From assembly GCA_016840165.1 (NCBI GenBank), contig JAEOSU010000051.1:96001-160000 (forward strand): 64,000 nucleotides of DNA, written 5' to 3'. This document shows, piece by piece, positions 19,885 to 30,418 of the stretch (positions within the stretch are counted from its first letter, which is position 1; each line of letters starts with the position of its first letter). A program made the translations under genes and the position numbers. A model generated the notes under the pieces. It did not search any database, was not told the DNA's origin, and worked only from the letters and a program-made list of their open reading frames with translations. Origin of the DNA: Promethearchaeota archaeon. GTDB lineage: Archaea; Asgardarchaeota; Lokiarchaeia; Sigyniarchaeales; SOKP01.

Positions 19885-21462
19885 TTAGTTTAAATATGCC
19901 AACATTGATAAAATGAATAATTCTTCGGTAATATCTTCCGAAGATTTACGCTTGAGCTCTTCCTTTAGGTGATTATAGATCATTAAATGTGGATTAAAAA
20001 ACGCAAAACCTTGATTGATATCTTCTTCTAATACTTCTCGAAAATGAGGATTTAGCCATATTTCAAATGGCCCTGAACTATGCTCGGCTTTATATTGAAT
20101 TTGAAACTCTTTTTTTAGTATGAAAATAACCTCATAGACTGTTTTACAAATCTGGAGTAATTTTTCAGAATTTTCCCTATAGAAATAATGAATTGGGACA
20201 GGTAGACGCATATGAAGAAGTAATCCCTTTCCCTTGCGAAAATTAATGTGACCATATCCGAAAATAACTTTATGAAAACCACTTTTCGTGAAAATAGAAT
20301 TGATAGTATTTATGATATCGGGTAAAAATTTAGGTTGGCTTAAGATGTCTTCAAATCCTGGAAATGCAATATGATTAGTATCATCTTCAGAAGTTTGAAC
20401 TAATATGGCAAATGAAGACCTTTCTTGCATATATTTTTGGTATTCTTCCTCGGTCAGTTTAGTCCAATAACATGCACATTCACCTATCATGGTTTTAATA
20501 AAATTACTAACAATATTCCTCCTTCCTTTAATTAAAACGGCCCAATTTACTTTAAAATCCTCGGATTGCTTCTTAGCTGGGGCTAATTTACCAAACTCTC
20601 CTGGTAATTTTATCGGTGAAGTTACAAATTCACTCACGAGGGGGAGTATCCTAGCATCTAATACTTTTTGTAATCCATTAAATGCTGAAGTTAAATCCTC
20701 ACCAAATAATATTGCCTCTTCTAAGTTTACATCTGGCTGATATAATCTGAAGTTTGCACTTAATACGATTCCATAAAAACCATTACCACCTACAATCTTT
20801 TCAAATAACGAATCATTTCTATCAATTGCGATAATCTCACCATTTGGGAGCATAACTCTCATATCAATAATCCATTCAATTGCTGCTCCTAATTTACCTG
20901 ATGTTATGCCACTAGCATTTGATGCAATTAATCCTCCAACGCGAACTGGTAATTTGAAAGAACTTGCTGGTTGAACTGGAAAAATATATCTTCCTTTTGA
21001 TTCGAAGTTCACCACCTTTATCAAATCGGATACTAAGGTGCTCTGTTCTGCATAAACCTTCTTTTGTGATAGATCAAGTATAATTTGCTCGGAATCGGAA
21101 TGCATAGCCTCAAGATCAACTAAAGCACCGAAATTTGCGAAACCTCCTGATAGACCCGTTTTTCCAGACGCAAAAGTTATCGGTATTTTAAAGCTTTGTG
21201 ATTGAATTACAAAATCTCGTAGTTGATCTTCATTTCTTGGACGAAAAATTATATAAGGTTTTAAACTCAAAAGTGATGGGTCTCTGATTGTACCTGAGCT
21301 AATATCATTATCGACTATAATTATTTTCCCAGAATTTAACAAATTTTTTTCGGTAGTAGTGAGGGATTTAGCAAATTGAAATCCTTTTTTTACCATAACA
21401 TCTATAAACGCCTGCCAAGGTAATTTTTTTTGTAACTCTTCGGAGATACTCAGCATCAACAT
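19885..21462 (-). CDS. FAD-linked oxidoreductase (GlcD/D-lactate dehydrogenase-like, divergent)
   Basis: GKTGLSGG, VGGLIASNASG, GGNGFYGIV, C-terminal AEH. Confidence 0.75.
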   Translation of the reverse strand: MLMLSISEELQKKLPWQAFIDVMVKKGFQFAKSLTTTEKNLLNSGKIIIVDNDISSGTIRDPSLLSLKPYIIFRPRNEDQLRDFVIQSQSFKIPITFASGKTGLSGGFANFGALVDLEAMHSDSEQIILDLSQKKVYAEQSTLVSDLIKVVNFESKGRYIFPVQPASSFKLPVRVGGLIASNASGITSGKLGAAIEWIIDMRVMLPNGEIIAIDRNDSLFEKIVGGNGFYGIVLSANFRLYQPDVNLEEAILFGEDLTSAFNGLQKVLDARILPLVSEFVTSPIKLPGEFGKLAPAKKQSEDFKVNWAVLIKGRRNIVSNFIKTMIGECACYWTKLTEEEYQKYMQERSSFAILVQTSEDDTNHIAFPGFEDILSQPKFLPDIINTINSIFTKSGFHKVIFGYGHINFRKGKGLLLHMRLPVPIHYFYRENSEKLLQICKTVYEVIFILKKEFQIQYKAEHSSGPFEIWLNPHFREVLEEDINQGFAFFNPHLMIYNHLKEELKRKSSEDITEELFILSMLAYLN

Positions 21463-21476
21463 CCCTATTTTCTTAA

Positions 21477-22346
21477 TTAAAGGTCTTTTAGGAGATTATA
21501 CATATTTTGAAGGCTTTTTTTAGATATATTCTCTTTATTTCTTAATACATGTGTTTCAAGGCAGAAATATCCTTTATAATCAAAATCAATTGCTTGTTTA
21601 AATAGTGATTCATAATCAATTTTTCCATCTCCCACCACAGTAAATATGCCCGTTATGCCTGGAATCATATATTTGGGATCTTTTACATGAATATGTTTAA
21701 CCAGATCTTTTTCATAGAAGTAACTGTAGGCTTCTGGTGTTGTTGGATCTCCTTCCATATAGTAATTACCTGGATCTAAAATCAATTTTAGTGCTTCTGA
21801 ATTAAATTCTTCAAAAAACAGTTTTGTGTTTTCTATATTAGCAACCATCAGTAAATAATCATTCTCCAGTAGCAAAGTTTTTCCTAACTCCTCAGCTCTT
21901 TTAACATGAGGCGTGAGTAACTCAATCATTTCTTGCCATTTCTCTTTTACCTTATTCTTTCTCTTTTGGAAGAAGGAAAAGATCCTAATATTGGGGGTTT
22001 CAAAAAAGTCTGAGATCTCTATGATTCGTTCAAATAATCCCAAGTTGAATTTGGGATTTCTTAATAGATTTTTCTTTTTGCTTGTAGAAAATCTTGAACT
22101 CGGAAGAACACACCTTCCAAAAGGACTAGTGATAACATTTACATGCATATTTCTTTCTTCTAAAGCTCTCTTCATCTTGAGTAATTCATTCTCATTTAAT
22201 AAGGCAATATTCTTATTCCATAAAGTTCTTACATCAATAGCTGTAATATTATATTCAGCAGCTACATCTAAGGCATGCTCAAAATCTTGGCTTATTTCAT
22301 CAGTGACAACTGAGATCTGATTTGTATGATTCATAATAAATTCCAA
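21477..22346 (-). CDS. sugar phosphate isomerase/epimerase (AP-endonuclease-2 TIM barrel)
   Basis: TDEISQD, IRIFSF, LLENDY, DPGN, HIHVKD, GDGKIDY, LETH. Confidence 0.85.
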   Translation of the reverse strand: MEFIMNHTNQISVVTDEISQDFEHALDVAAEYNITAIDVRTLWNKNIALLNENELLKMKRALEERNMHVNVITSPFGRCVLPSSRFSTSKKKNLLRNPKFNLGLFERIIEISDFFETPNIRIFSFFQKRKNKVKEKWQEMIELLTPHVKRAEELGKTLLLENDYLLMVANIENTKLFFEEFNSEALKLILDPGNYYMEGDPTTPEAYSYFYEKDLVKHIHVKDPKYMIPGITGIFTVVGDGKIDYESLFKQAIDFDYKGYFCLETHVLRNKENISKKSLQNMYNLLKDL

Positions 22347-22451
22347 CTTTTTTTAATAAATTAGGACATTAATATTTAATTATTTAATTTCATCAATCTG
22401 GGCTTATCCCAGACATTTATTATTTTATATTGATAAAAATCCTCCATTTCT

Positions 22452-24941
22452 TTAAACTTCAATTATGAAACCTGATTCGAATAAATCCCATTTATACTTT
22501 CCAATAGATCTTTCATTTATAATAATTTCAACAGGATCCTTTGGAGGGTCTCTCGCTTTAATTATCACTTTCTTCTTTCCTGGAATTAATTCTAATGAGA
22601 TTTTAACAATGTTCTCTTCAAATTGAAATTGCTTCATTAAGATTCCATCAATTCCAAATACAAATTCTCTTCTGAAATCAATAAATAAATCACCAAAATC
22701 TTTCTTGGTGTATGCAGTTGCCATAGCAGCGGTTCCAACACCCCAATCGAATGTAATTTGCCCTGGGACCCTATAATCACTTCCCGTATGACCATAATTT
22801 TCATACATAGCACCTCGATCGACACTATCTATTGTTCTTATATCTTTAATATTTCCTGGACTTATCTTTTCATATTCTTTAAGTAATTGTAGAGCCCAGC
22901 TAGCCCGTAGTGCTGCAATACCTCTTTCCATATACTCTTCATTATCGGTATGAAGATAATATTCCATATATGTTCTTACAAATAATGCTTGTCGGGCATC
23001 ACCTAATTCCACATCAGCATTTTGTACTCCAAAACCCCCAAAAGTATTGTAACTGATATAAGGCATATTCCATACTTGTTGAAATAAAGATAATACTGCT
23101 AATGCCTGCTCGCCATATTTTAAATATTCTCTTTCTTTTGTAATTTTAGCCAATTCCTTGAATCCTTCAGCACACCAATATATGCACAATGTATTCATAA
23201 CATGATTGTTTGTATAATTATCAAAAAAATCAAGAGGGAGCATAGTACAACTGAAAAAGGGTTCAAAGTCATGCCATTTATTGTTTGGAAGTATTTCATT
23301 TTGAATGAAATTACCAATTCTTTTAGCTAATGCTAATAACTCCTTATTCGGATAAACCTTATATAGTTCAGTCAGAAACATTAATACTGCTCCGGAACTA
23401 GCAGAATTTAATAAAGTATAATTTATTTCTATCTTTTCATCTTTCACCCCAATAAAGGTGGGAATAGCCCCATTTTCTTGTTCAAGTTTTTTAATAAGCT
23501 TTAATAGTTCTTTGCTCCTTTCTATAATTTTATCATTCTTTTTGAAATGCTCATACTGTTTTAAAGCCCAATATATCGTTAAGCAGGCATCAACTACGTT
23601 ATATTCATTACTATATAAACCTGCTTTTACACCATTTATGTATGAAATTATATCCGAATTTAACCCTGCAGGAAATATGATACTTGGAAAAATCCCAGAA
23701 TTTCTTGGTAAGTTTAAGGTTGTATTCAAAATACGTTCTGCCTTTTCCTTTAATCTAAATTCCTTCATTTCTTTCTCAAAATATTTTAACCCATATGCTG
23801 TTCTTATATTGAGAAACCAAGCATTATTCCAAACCTCAGCTGTCCTTGGTGAAAAAGCATGTCGTTGGGTATATTTATCAAACCATATCACTTTCTCTGG
23901 ATCGAAAATCATGTCATTTAACTGTTTATTAACTCCTACATTAGAACTGACTACCTCAGTTGAATTTCGTTCTCTATGAAGCGAAAGCTTTTCTGGGGTT
24001 ATGAAAGTTATCTCTTTTTTTTTGCTTCCTGCCCAGGATCTTTGCCAAATCCCGCCACATTCTTGATTATTTATAATAAAATTACCCCAAAATTTATGTC
24101 TATCGAAAATTGCCTTGAAACCTTCATAAACGTTAGAATTATATGGTAGGACTTGTGGCTCTAAACTCTCGTAGAGGTTTCTTCTTAAATATTTTTCCCA
24201 GAAAAACCGATTAATTGATTGGAGGATCTCAAGCCGACTATTATTTTTAAAAACAATGATATAAAATCGAAAAGTTAAATCAGTATCCTTAGGAATCTCC
24301 CAGAAATGAGTATCTTCATGTTTAAAAAAAGTATGTTCAGTAGGTACATAATTTCCGAATCCATAGAAGATTTGGGGATGATCATCTAAATCAGATTTCA
24401 TATCAAAATCCATAAAAGTTTGATATGGGCGATTATTTCTCAATGTCTTTAAATCAGGGATAAACGCTAATGCAAGATCTCCTTTCTTATAGATAATTAC
24501 TGGCGATCTGAAAACATGATCTCCAATGGCATACCCTTCTTTTGGTCGTAAGTGAGGTGCCCAAACAAAATCAGGGTTCTTATCCAAGAGAACTGCATAA
24601 TTGACACCTAATTTCGAGAATTCCAGTACTTGATTATTTGATAATTGATATCTGATATGGAGAACATTACTCTCTTCAAGACAGTAATCTAATTTTAAAA
24701 GAAAATCATTATCATTTAACTGATAATAAATTTTTTTCTTCTTGCTTTTTAGAAAGTTCAACGTTTTAGTTAAACGATTTTTACCTTTCCAATAGTTTAA
24801 CGTACTAAAACCTTTATTACTGCCAAGAATTGGGATCCACAAGTCATTATATCTAACCTCAATTACCTCAGAAGTAAAATTTTCCCATTCTTCAATTCTT
24901 ATTCGAATAAGTTCTTTTTCAAGAGTTTTTTGGCTCTTCAT
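22452..24941 (-). CDS. large hypothetical protein, probable (alpha/alpha)6 glycosidase-like C-terminal domain
   Basis: 829-aa ORF; aromatic-rich helical repeats, WHDFEPFFSC, YENYGH, FDWGVG; next to a sugar isomerase gene. Confidence 0.5.
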   Translation of the reverse strand: MKSQKTLEKELIRIRIEEWENFTSEVIEVRYNDLWIPILGSNKGFSTLNYWKGKNRLTKTLNFLKSKKKKIYYQLNDNDFLLKLDYCLEESNVLHIRYQLSNNQVLEFSKLGVNYAVLLDKNPDFVWAPHLRPKEGYAIGDHVFRSPVIIYKKGDLALAFIPDLKTLRNNRPYQTFMDFDMKSDLDDHPQIFYGFGNYVPTEHTFFKHEDTHFWEIPKDTDLTFRFYIIVFKNNSRLEILQSINRFFWEKYLRRNLYESLEPQVLPYNSNVYEGFKAIFDRHKFWGNFIINNQECGGIWQRSWAGSKKKEITFITPEKLSLHRERNSTEVVSSNVGVNKQLNDMIFDPEKVIWFDKYTQRHAFSPRTAEVWNNAWFLNIRTAYGLKYFEKEMKEFRLKEKAERILNTTLNLPRNSGIFPSIIFPAGLNSDIISYINGVKAGLYSNEYNVVDACLTIYWALKQYEHFKKNDKIIERSKELLKLIKKLEQENGAIPTFIGVKDEKIEINYTLLNSASSGAVLMFLTELYKVYPNKELLALAKRIGNFIQNEILPNNKWHDFEPFFSCTMLPLDFFDNYTNNHVMNTLCIYWCAEGFKELAKITKEREYLKYGEQALAVLSLFQQVWNMPYISYNTFGGFGVQNADVELGDARQALFVRTYMEYYLHTDNEEYMERGIAALRASWALQLLKEYEKISPGNIKDIRTIDSVDRGAMYENYGHTGSDYRVPGQITFDWGVGTAAMATAYTKKDFGDLFIDFRREFVFGIDGILMKQFQFEENIVKISLELIPGKKKVIIKARDPPKDPVEIIINERSIGKYKWDLFESGFIIEV

Positions 24942-25036
24942 TGATCATGTTTTGTTTTCTTGCTGACTTAGATAAGATCTAAAAGAACTAAAAGATTTTT
25001 CTTTAAAATAAAAAAAGAGTAAATTAAAATAATGTA

Positions 25037-25444
25037 TTAAAATCGTTCCCACGCAGCGTGAACACCCTTTCCAGTCATTTCAATAACCGGTTTCATTTTA
25101 TCTAAAGGTGCCAACCCCGCTTCTAGAGCGATCTTCATTATTGATGCATGACTCACATATACTTTTCCATTTTCCTCATAAACCACAAAGCTACAAGGAA
25201 AGATTAACCCTACTTGTTTCGACACATCAAGAGCAGCTTTCGCATATTGTGGAGCACAAGCAAGTATTATTGTATATCTATCATAATCGATTCCTAACTT
25301 ATTTTTAAAAATTTGATCAATAGATTTCGTGAGCATATGACTGAAACCTTCTTCTACAATAATCTTTTCAACGTGCGCGACAGCATCATCAAAGCTCATA
25401 TCTAATTCTTTTTTGAGTATATTAACCATTCTATTCACCTTCAA
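25037..25444 (-). CDS. DUF302-domain protein
   Basis: F..KLG.DY..Y.IILAC.P..A..AL.....GL..PCS.VVYE pattern. Confidence 0.85.
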   Translation of the reverse strand: MKVNRMVNILKKELDMSFDDAVAHVEKIIVEEGFSHMLTKSIDQIFKNKLGIDYDRYTIILACAPQYAKAALDVSKQVGLIFPCSFVVYEENGKVYVSHASIMKIALEAGLAPLDKMKPVIEMTGKGVHAAWERF

Positions 25445-25455
25445 TTGGATTAAAT

Positions 25456-25800
25456 TTATTTTTCAAAATCATCTAATGCTTTCAATACATAATTTGTGAA
25501 CATTAGTGCAGGTCCACCACCTAATGTCCCAGCTACCATACTTGCTTCAATTATTTCTTCACGAGTTGCTCCAGCTTCTAATGCATATTTTACATGCCAT
25601 GCAACACAGAATTTGCATTGTTTAGCAATTGATAGTGCAATACCTATTAACTCTTTAACTTTCCGTGACAATGCTCCATCTTTCTTTATATTCCCCATAA
25701 ATTCTTGAAATCCTTTCATCGCATTAGGATATGATTTTCCTAGGGTTTGGAGTGCATGTGCTGCTTGATTAAAATATTTTTTTGCCTCATACTCATCCAT
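25456..25800 (-). CDS. carboxymuconolactone decarboxylase/AhpD-family protein
   Basis: GALSRKVKELI, CKFCVAWH, GATREEI, GGGPA. Confidence 0.88.
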   Translation of the reverse strand: MDEYEAKKYFNQAAHALQTLGKSYPNAMKGFQEFMGNIKKDGALSRKVKELIGIALSIAKQCKFCVAWHVKYALEAGATREEIIEASMVAGTLGGGPALMFTNYVLKALDDFEK

Positions 25801-25950
25801 AAATTATTCACCATAAATATTGAATTACTAATTTATCTATTATCTCTGAGATAATAAAAATTATCATTATGAACTAAAAATAGATATTGCTCTATGAATT
25901 TAAATTAAAAAGAAAAAAGAAAAAGGCTAATAAATTAAAAATTCATAGGC

Positions 25951-27324
25951 TCATTTTACAATGGGATAATTGGCTTTATACCATGCTTTCATGCTTCCTA
26001 AAACATTCATACTTTCAAATCCATGTTTTTTCAAAATGCTCGCCGCCATACTAGCACGAGCCCCATTTCCACAGACCGTCACTATAGGAACATTCTTAGG
26101 TATTTCCTCAATCTTATCTTGAATTTCCCCTACATAAATATTCTTAGCGTGTTCTATATAGCCTTCCTTTAGTTCTGGGGGACTTCGAACATCGATTAAG
26201 AAAATATCCTCTTTATTATCCAATTTACGCTTCAACGCATCTACTGTAATTGTTCCTATAGTTTCTGTAGGAAAATGGTTACTATACCAGGCAACAATCC
26301 CTCCAACCAAATACCCTTTAATATTATCATACCCTACCCGTAACAGATATTTGTAAACTTTCTTAAGATTTGTAAAATTTTCTACAACGAGTAATAAAGG
26401 CTTATCATAAGGCAATATCCAACCCGCATGAGAAGGTAATCCTTTTAACCAAATATTATATGACCCTTTTATATGAGCTGAACCAAAAGAAGTAGGATTT
26501 CTTGTATCTACCACGATAGCCCCTTCTTCTAATTGCTTCTTAAATTTTCCTGGGAGTAAGGGTTTAAAACGGGGTACATCCTTTAGTAAGGGAGGTCCAT
26601 TTAAATTATATTCCTCCATTTTCTTGAAATAAGGAGCATAATAATGATGTTCGCTTAATTTGAACTGTACAAAGTTGTTTTTATCCTTCAACTGTAAAGC
26701 ATGATTTTGCATTCTTTCTAATCCGATTGTACTTAACTCTCTCTCATTAATCTCAGCTCCACACACTGATCCAGCTCCATGGGCAGGAAGGATAATACAT
26801 TGGTCTCCTAACGGTATAAGTTTATTAAAAATGCTATTATAAAGATTAGTTGCATTTTTTTCTGAAAGTTGTGGTCCATACATATCAATTCTTCCTGTAT
26901 CTCCTACAAAAAGTGCATCACCCGTAAAAACCATGACTGCTTCTATCCCAGTTGACGTATCGTATACAGCATAACTAGTGCTTTCATCTGTATGACCTGG
27001 CGTATGAATAGCTTTAACTTTTAAAACTCCTAAATTAAATTCTTGACCATCTTTTAAAGTATTGCCATATTTCCAATCTAATCCTGGTCCATGATAAATC
27101 TCTACATTAGTCACATCCGCGATTTCTCTAGATCCAATCACATAATCTTCATTACGATGCGTTTCGAAAACATATTTCAAATCGGCTTCAGCGTCCCAAG
27201 CTAGTTTTAAAAAAGTTTTTGCATCCCTTCGTGGGTCAACAACACATGCTTCGTTACCTGAAGCTAAAAAGTATGAAAGAGAGGCAATTCCTTCACTTTT
27301 TATTTTCTTTAAAATCAATTTCAT
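25951..27324 (-). CDS. MBL-fold hydrolase fused to two rhodanese domains (CstB-like sulfur-handling protein)
   Basis: ETHRNEDY, HTPGHT, FTGDALFVGDTGR, PAHGAGSVCG; second rhodanese has active-site CGNGAR. Confidence 0.88.
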   Translation of the reverse strand: MKLILKKIKSEGIASLSYFLASGNEACVVDPRRDAKTFLKLAWDAEADLKYVFETHRNEDYVIGSREIADVTNVEIYHGPGLDWKYGNTLKDGQEFNLGVLKVKAIHTPGHTDESTSYAVYDTSTGIEAVMVFTGDALFVGDTGRIDMYGPQLSEKNATNLYNSIFNKLIPLGDQCIILPAHGAGSVCGAEINERELSTIGLERMQNHALQLKDKNNFVQFKLSEHHYYAPYFKKMEEYNLNGPPLLKDVPRFKPLLPGKFKKQLEEGAIVVDTRNPTSFGSAHIKGSYNIWLKGLPSHAGWILPYDKPLLLVVENFTNLKKVYKYLLRVGYDNIKGYLVGGIVAWYSNHFPTETIGTITVDALKRKLDNKEDIFLIDVRSPPELKEGYIEHAKNIYVGEIQDKIEEIPKNVPIVTVCGNGARASMAASILKKHGFESMNVLGSMKAWYKANYPIVK

Positions 27325-27453
27325 TCCCTAAATATTACTATTTAATCTCAAAATATATCTTAACGTCTTTTTATAATAACTTAATCCCTATAAACTAAAA
27401 ATATAAGCATTAATCGCAAATTTTAATAGTTTCGCATCCATTTAATCTATATT

Positions 27454-28473
27454 ATGCTCCCCTCAATTGAATGGAAAAATTCTAAAGTATATATGATAGA
27501 TCAAACTCTGCTTCCTTTTGAATTAAAACATTTAGAATTAGATAATTTTCGAGATGTCGCAACTTCAATTAAAGTAATGAATATTAGGGGCGCTCCTGCC
27601 ATCGGAGTTGCTGCGGCAATGGGTATGGCTTTAGCATCAATAGAATATAAAGAACTTCCTAAAGAAAAGTTTCTGGAGAAAATGGAAGAAGCTGCAAATA
27701 TCATTAAAAGCACTAGACCAACAGCTTCTAATTTATTCTGGGCTGTTAATCGGATCTGGAATATTGTAAGTACTTATCCTGACCATCCAACCATCATTTC
27801 TGATTTAGTAATCGAAGAGGCTAAATTGATGGCTCAAGAGGATATTAATGTTAATAAAAACATTGGAAAGCATGGTGCATCCTTATTAAGTAATGATGAT
27901 GTTGTATTGACTCATTGTAATGCGGGATCCTTAGCTACTGTGCAATATGGTACTGCATTAGCCCCTGTGAGGGCTGCAATCGAAGAGGGTAAGCAAATAA
28001 AGGTTATTGCCGATGAGACTCGGCCTCGGTTGCAAGGGGCAAGACTGACAGCTTATGAACTCCAGTATGATAAGATTCCTGTGAAGGTGATCTCGGATAC
28101 ATCTTCAGGTTTATTGATGTATTTAGGATTAATAAATAAAGTCATTGTTGGAACGGATAGAGTTACATCAGATGCAGTATTTAATAAAATTGGGACGTAC
28201 TTAGTAGCACTTGCAGCGAAAGAGAACAATATTCCGTTTTACGTTGCTGCTCCAACATCTACTTTATCTTTGAATGAAAATGTAAGAGATGTAACTATAG
28301 AGCAGAGAGATTCTAGGGAAGTTAGTCATGTTTTAGGGAAACTGCAGATTGTTCCAGATGGAGTGGATTGCTTAAATTATGCGTTTGATATTACTCCATT
28401 TAAACTAGTTACTGGAATCATTACTGAGGATGGAGTTTTCAATCCAAAAGAATTAATTAAAAGATATAAATAA
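27454..28473 (+). CDS. mtnA: S-methyl-5-thioribose-1-phosphate isomerase
   Basis: IRGAPAIG, RPTASNL, HCNAGSLAT, ETRPRLQGARLT, NKIGTY, FDITP. Confidence 0.88.
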   Translation: MLPSIEWKNSKVYMIDQTLLPFELKHLELDNFRDVATSIKVMNIRGAPAIGVAAAMGMALASIEYKELPKEKFLEKMEEAANIIKSTRPTASNLFWAVNRIWNIVSTYPDHPTIISDLVIEEAKLMAQEDINVNKNIGKHGASLLSNDDVVLTHCNAGSLATVQYGTALAPVRAAIEEGKQIKVIADETRPRLQGARLTAYELQYDKIPVKVISDTSSGLLMYLGLINKVIVGTDRVTSDAVFNKIGTYLVALAAKENNIPFYVAAPTSTLSLNENVRDVTIEQRDSREVSHVLGKLQIVPDGVDCLNYAFDITPFKLVTGIITEDGVFNPKELIKRYK

Positions 28474-28493
28474 ATTTTTGAGATGATAAGATT

Positions 28494-28778
28494 ATGTCAA
28501 TTGAATTTGCGAAGGAAAGTCACAAAAATAAAAAAAGACAGGCACTCTTTAGAGTTTTTATCTTTGCTGTTGTTGAATTCACCTGTGTGAATCTCTATTA
28601 TCTTATTTCTGGTCTGACTGGTGATTTTGATTGGACCATTGAGCGGTTAACAACTACCACTGAAGGAGTGATTATTCAAATATTAGCATTACTCGGAACT
28701 ATCTTCGGGATTCTTATATTTCTTTACATTATTATCTATATTGGTTTGTTAATAACAGGTCCCAGTAGTTCTAATTAG
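28494..28778 (+). CDS. small two-TM membrane protein
   Basis: Two hydrophobic segments; follows mtnA. Confidence 0.6.
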   Translation: MSIEFAKESHKNKKRQALFRVFIFAVVEFTCVNLYYLISGLTGDFDWTIERLTTTTEGVIIQILALLGTIFGILIFLYIIIYIGLLITGPSSSN

Positions 28779-29770
28779 TTTGAATAAATTTCTTTAAGAT
28801 TATTTTTTAACTCTTCTAATGATCTTGAATTTGATATTTTTAATCTAATTTTTTTTGAATCTTTGATATGCCTTGTGAACCAAATTGCATTTCTTTTTAG
28901 TTCACTGAACTTTATCTGATCAATTGTCTTATTATTAAAAGAAAAAGCACTATAATCGATCTCATCAATAATGTCTTCATAAAAAAGTAGGTGTTTTCGC
29001 ATTCTTTCAAGGTTGTTTTCAATTGGTAGATATGACATATCTTGAAGAACACTCGCGATATGAGTAAATATCTTTGGGTTTCCCATAGATGCTCTACCAA
29101 TCATTAAACCATCTACTTTTGTATAATCCATAACTTCTTTTGCTTTCTGAGGCGTAAAGATATCACCATTACCAATAACTGGAATTAATACATTTTCTTT
29201 CAACAATTTTAATGATTCGATATCAAATTTTGAATCATCATAGCGATCTTTTACCGTTCTGCTATGAATAGTTATTAAATCAACTCCAGATGATTCGATA
29301 ACCTTAATAATATCAATTAAGTTTTTTGATGAACTAAATCCCGTTCGAATTTTAACTGTTACGGGCTTTGAAGAAAATTTAATAGCAACATCAAGAATAT
29401 CTTGTAGTTTTTCTAAGTTTTTCAATAAATAACCTCCTTCTTGAGCTCGTATAGCCCTTTTAGAAGGACAGCCAGCGTTTATATCTAAAAAATCAAAATT
29501 ATAACTCGATAAAAAGTCAATTGATTTCCTTAAAGCATTAATATCTCCTCCTATTAATTGCACACTTATAGGACGTTCTTCCTCAATTTTATAGAGGTCA
29601 ATGAGAATTGATTTAGAATTTTTTTCTATTCTCTTAGTGTAAATCATTGGAACGCATACGAGGCCAATAGTATTGAATTTCCGACTGAATCTCCGATAAG
29701 GAGCTGTGGTTACATTTTGCATAGGAGCTAATATCAAATTATTCTCCAATTGAATTGTAGCGATTCTCAT
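28775..29770 (-). CDS. dus: tRNA-dihydrouridine synthase family protein
   Basis: LAPMQNVT, DINAGCP, VKIRTG, IHSRT, GNGDI, MIGRA. Confidence 0.9.
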   Translation of the reverse strand: MRIATIQLENNLILAPMQNVTTAPYRRFSRKFNTIGLVCVPMIYTKRIEKNSKSILIDLYKIEEERPISVQLIGGDINALRKSIDFLSSYNFDFLDINAGCPSKRAIRAQEGGYLLKNLEKLQDILDVAIKFSSKPVTVKIRTGFSSSKNLIDIIKVIESSGVDLITIHSRTVKDRYDDSKFDIESLKLLKENVLIPVIGNGDIFTPQKAKEVMDYTKVDGLMIGRASMGNPKIFTHIASVLQDMSYLPIENNLERMRKHLLFYEDIIDEIDYSAFSFNNKTIDQIKFSELKRNAIWFTRHIKDSKKIRLKISNSRSLEELKNNLKEIYSN

Positions 29771-29880
29771 ATTGTTGATTTTATTGTTTTTTACAATCTA
29801 TAAACATGAAATTTTTATTATAACCACATTTTATTGTAATTAATAAAATTCACCTTATTGATGAATTTAATAATACTAAA

Positions 29881-30402
29881 GTGAAAAAATTTATTATGTC
29901 ACTATACCTCGATAAATTTAAATTTACAAATATGCCTATTGAGTTAAATTATGTTGATGGAGACCCCTTAAATCTCAATAATCAATTCAACTTTTTCCAT
30001 AATAAAAACAAATTCAGGAAGGATTTAAATCGACTCCAATATATCTTTAAAGAATTCACAGGAAATTCTCTGGTTGCTTCAGGGATAAGGGATACTTACA
30101 TTAACAAAGAATTTACTGAAAATCATTTACTTGTTTTATTTACCGACAACAAGGTGGTAAAAACCGCGAATAATATACTTCAAGCTAATTTAAAAAGAGA
30201 TATAACTTCTGGATGTTATTATTTGACAGCTACTTCGGAATATCTACTTTTATTGGCAAAAGATATGAAAGGTTTAATTTCAGGAATAGATTTAATGGAA
30301 GAATTATTCGTACAGGTTTTTGAACATTACATGAAGCAAAAAAAATTCGATGAATTTGTAAAAATTCGTCAATTTAATGCATTTGGATGCTCAAATTCCT
30401 AA
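29881..30402 (+). CDS. hypothetical protein resembling a stand-alone GH20 N-terminal (domain 2) module
   Basis: GCYYLTATSEYLLLLAKDMKGLISGIDLMEEL resembles the GH20 domain-2 EGY.L......I.A....GL.YG..TL.QL pattern. Confidence 0.5.
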   Translation: MKKFIMSLYLDKFKFTNMPIELNYVDGDPLNLNNQFNFFHNKNKFRKDLNRLQYIFKEFTGNSLVASGIRDTYINKEFTENHLLVLFTDNKVVKTANNILQANLKRDITSGCYYLTATSEYLLLLAKDMKGLISGIDLMEELFVQVFEHYMKQKKFDEFVKIRQFNAFGCSNS

Positions 30403-30418
30403 TCTAATCCTTTATTTT

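Noticed and set aside
27454-28473. Ribose-1,5-bisphosphate isomerase or aIF-2B subunit
   Set aside because: HCNAGSLAT and ETRPRLQGARLT motifs fit MtnA better
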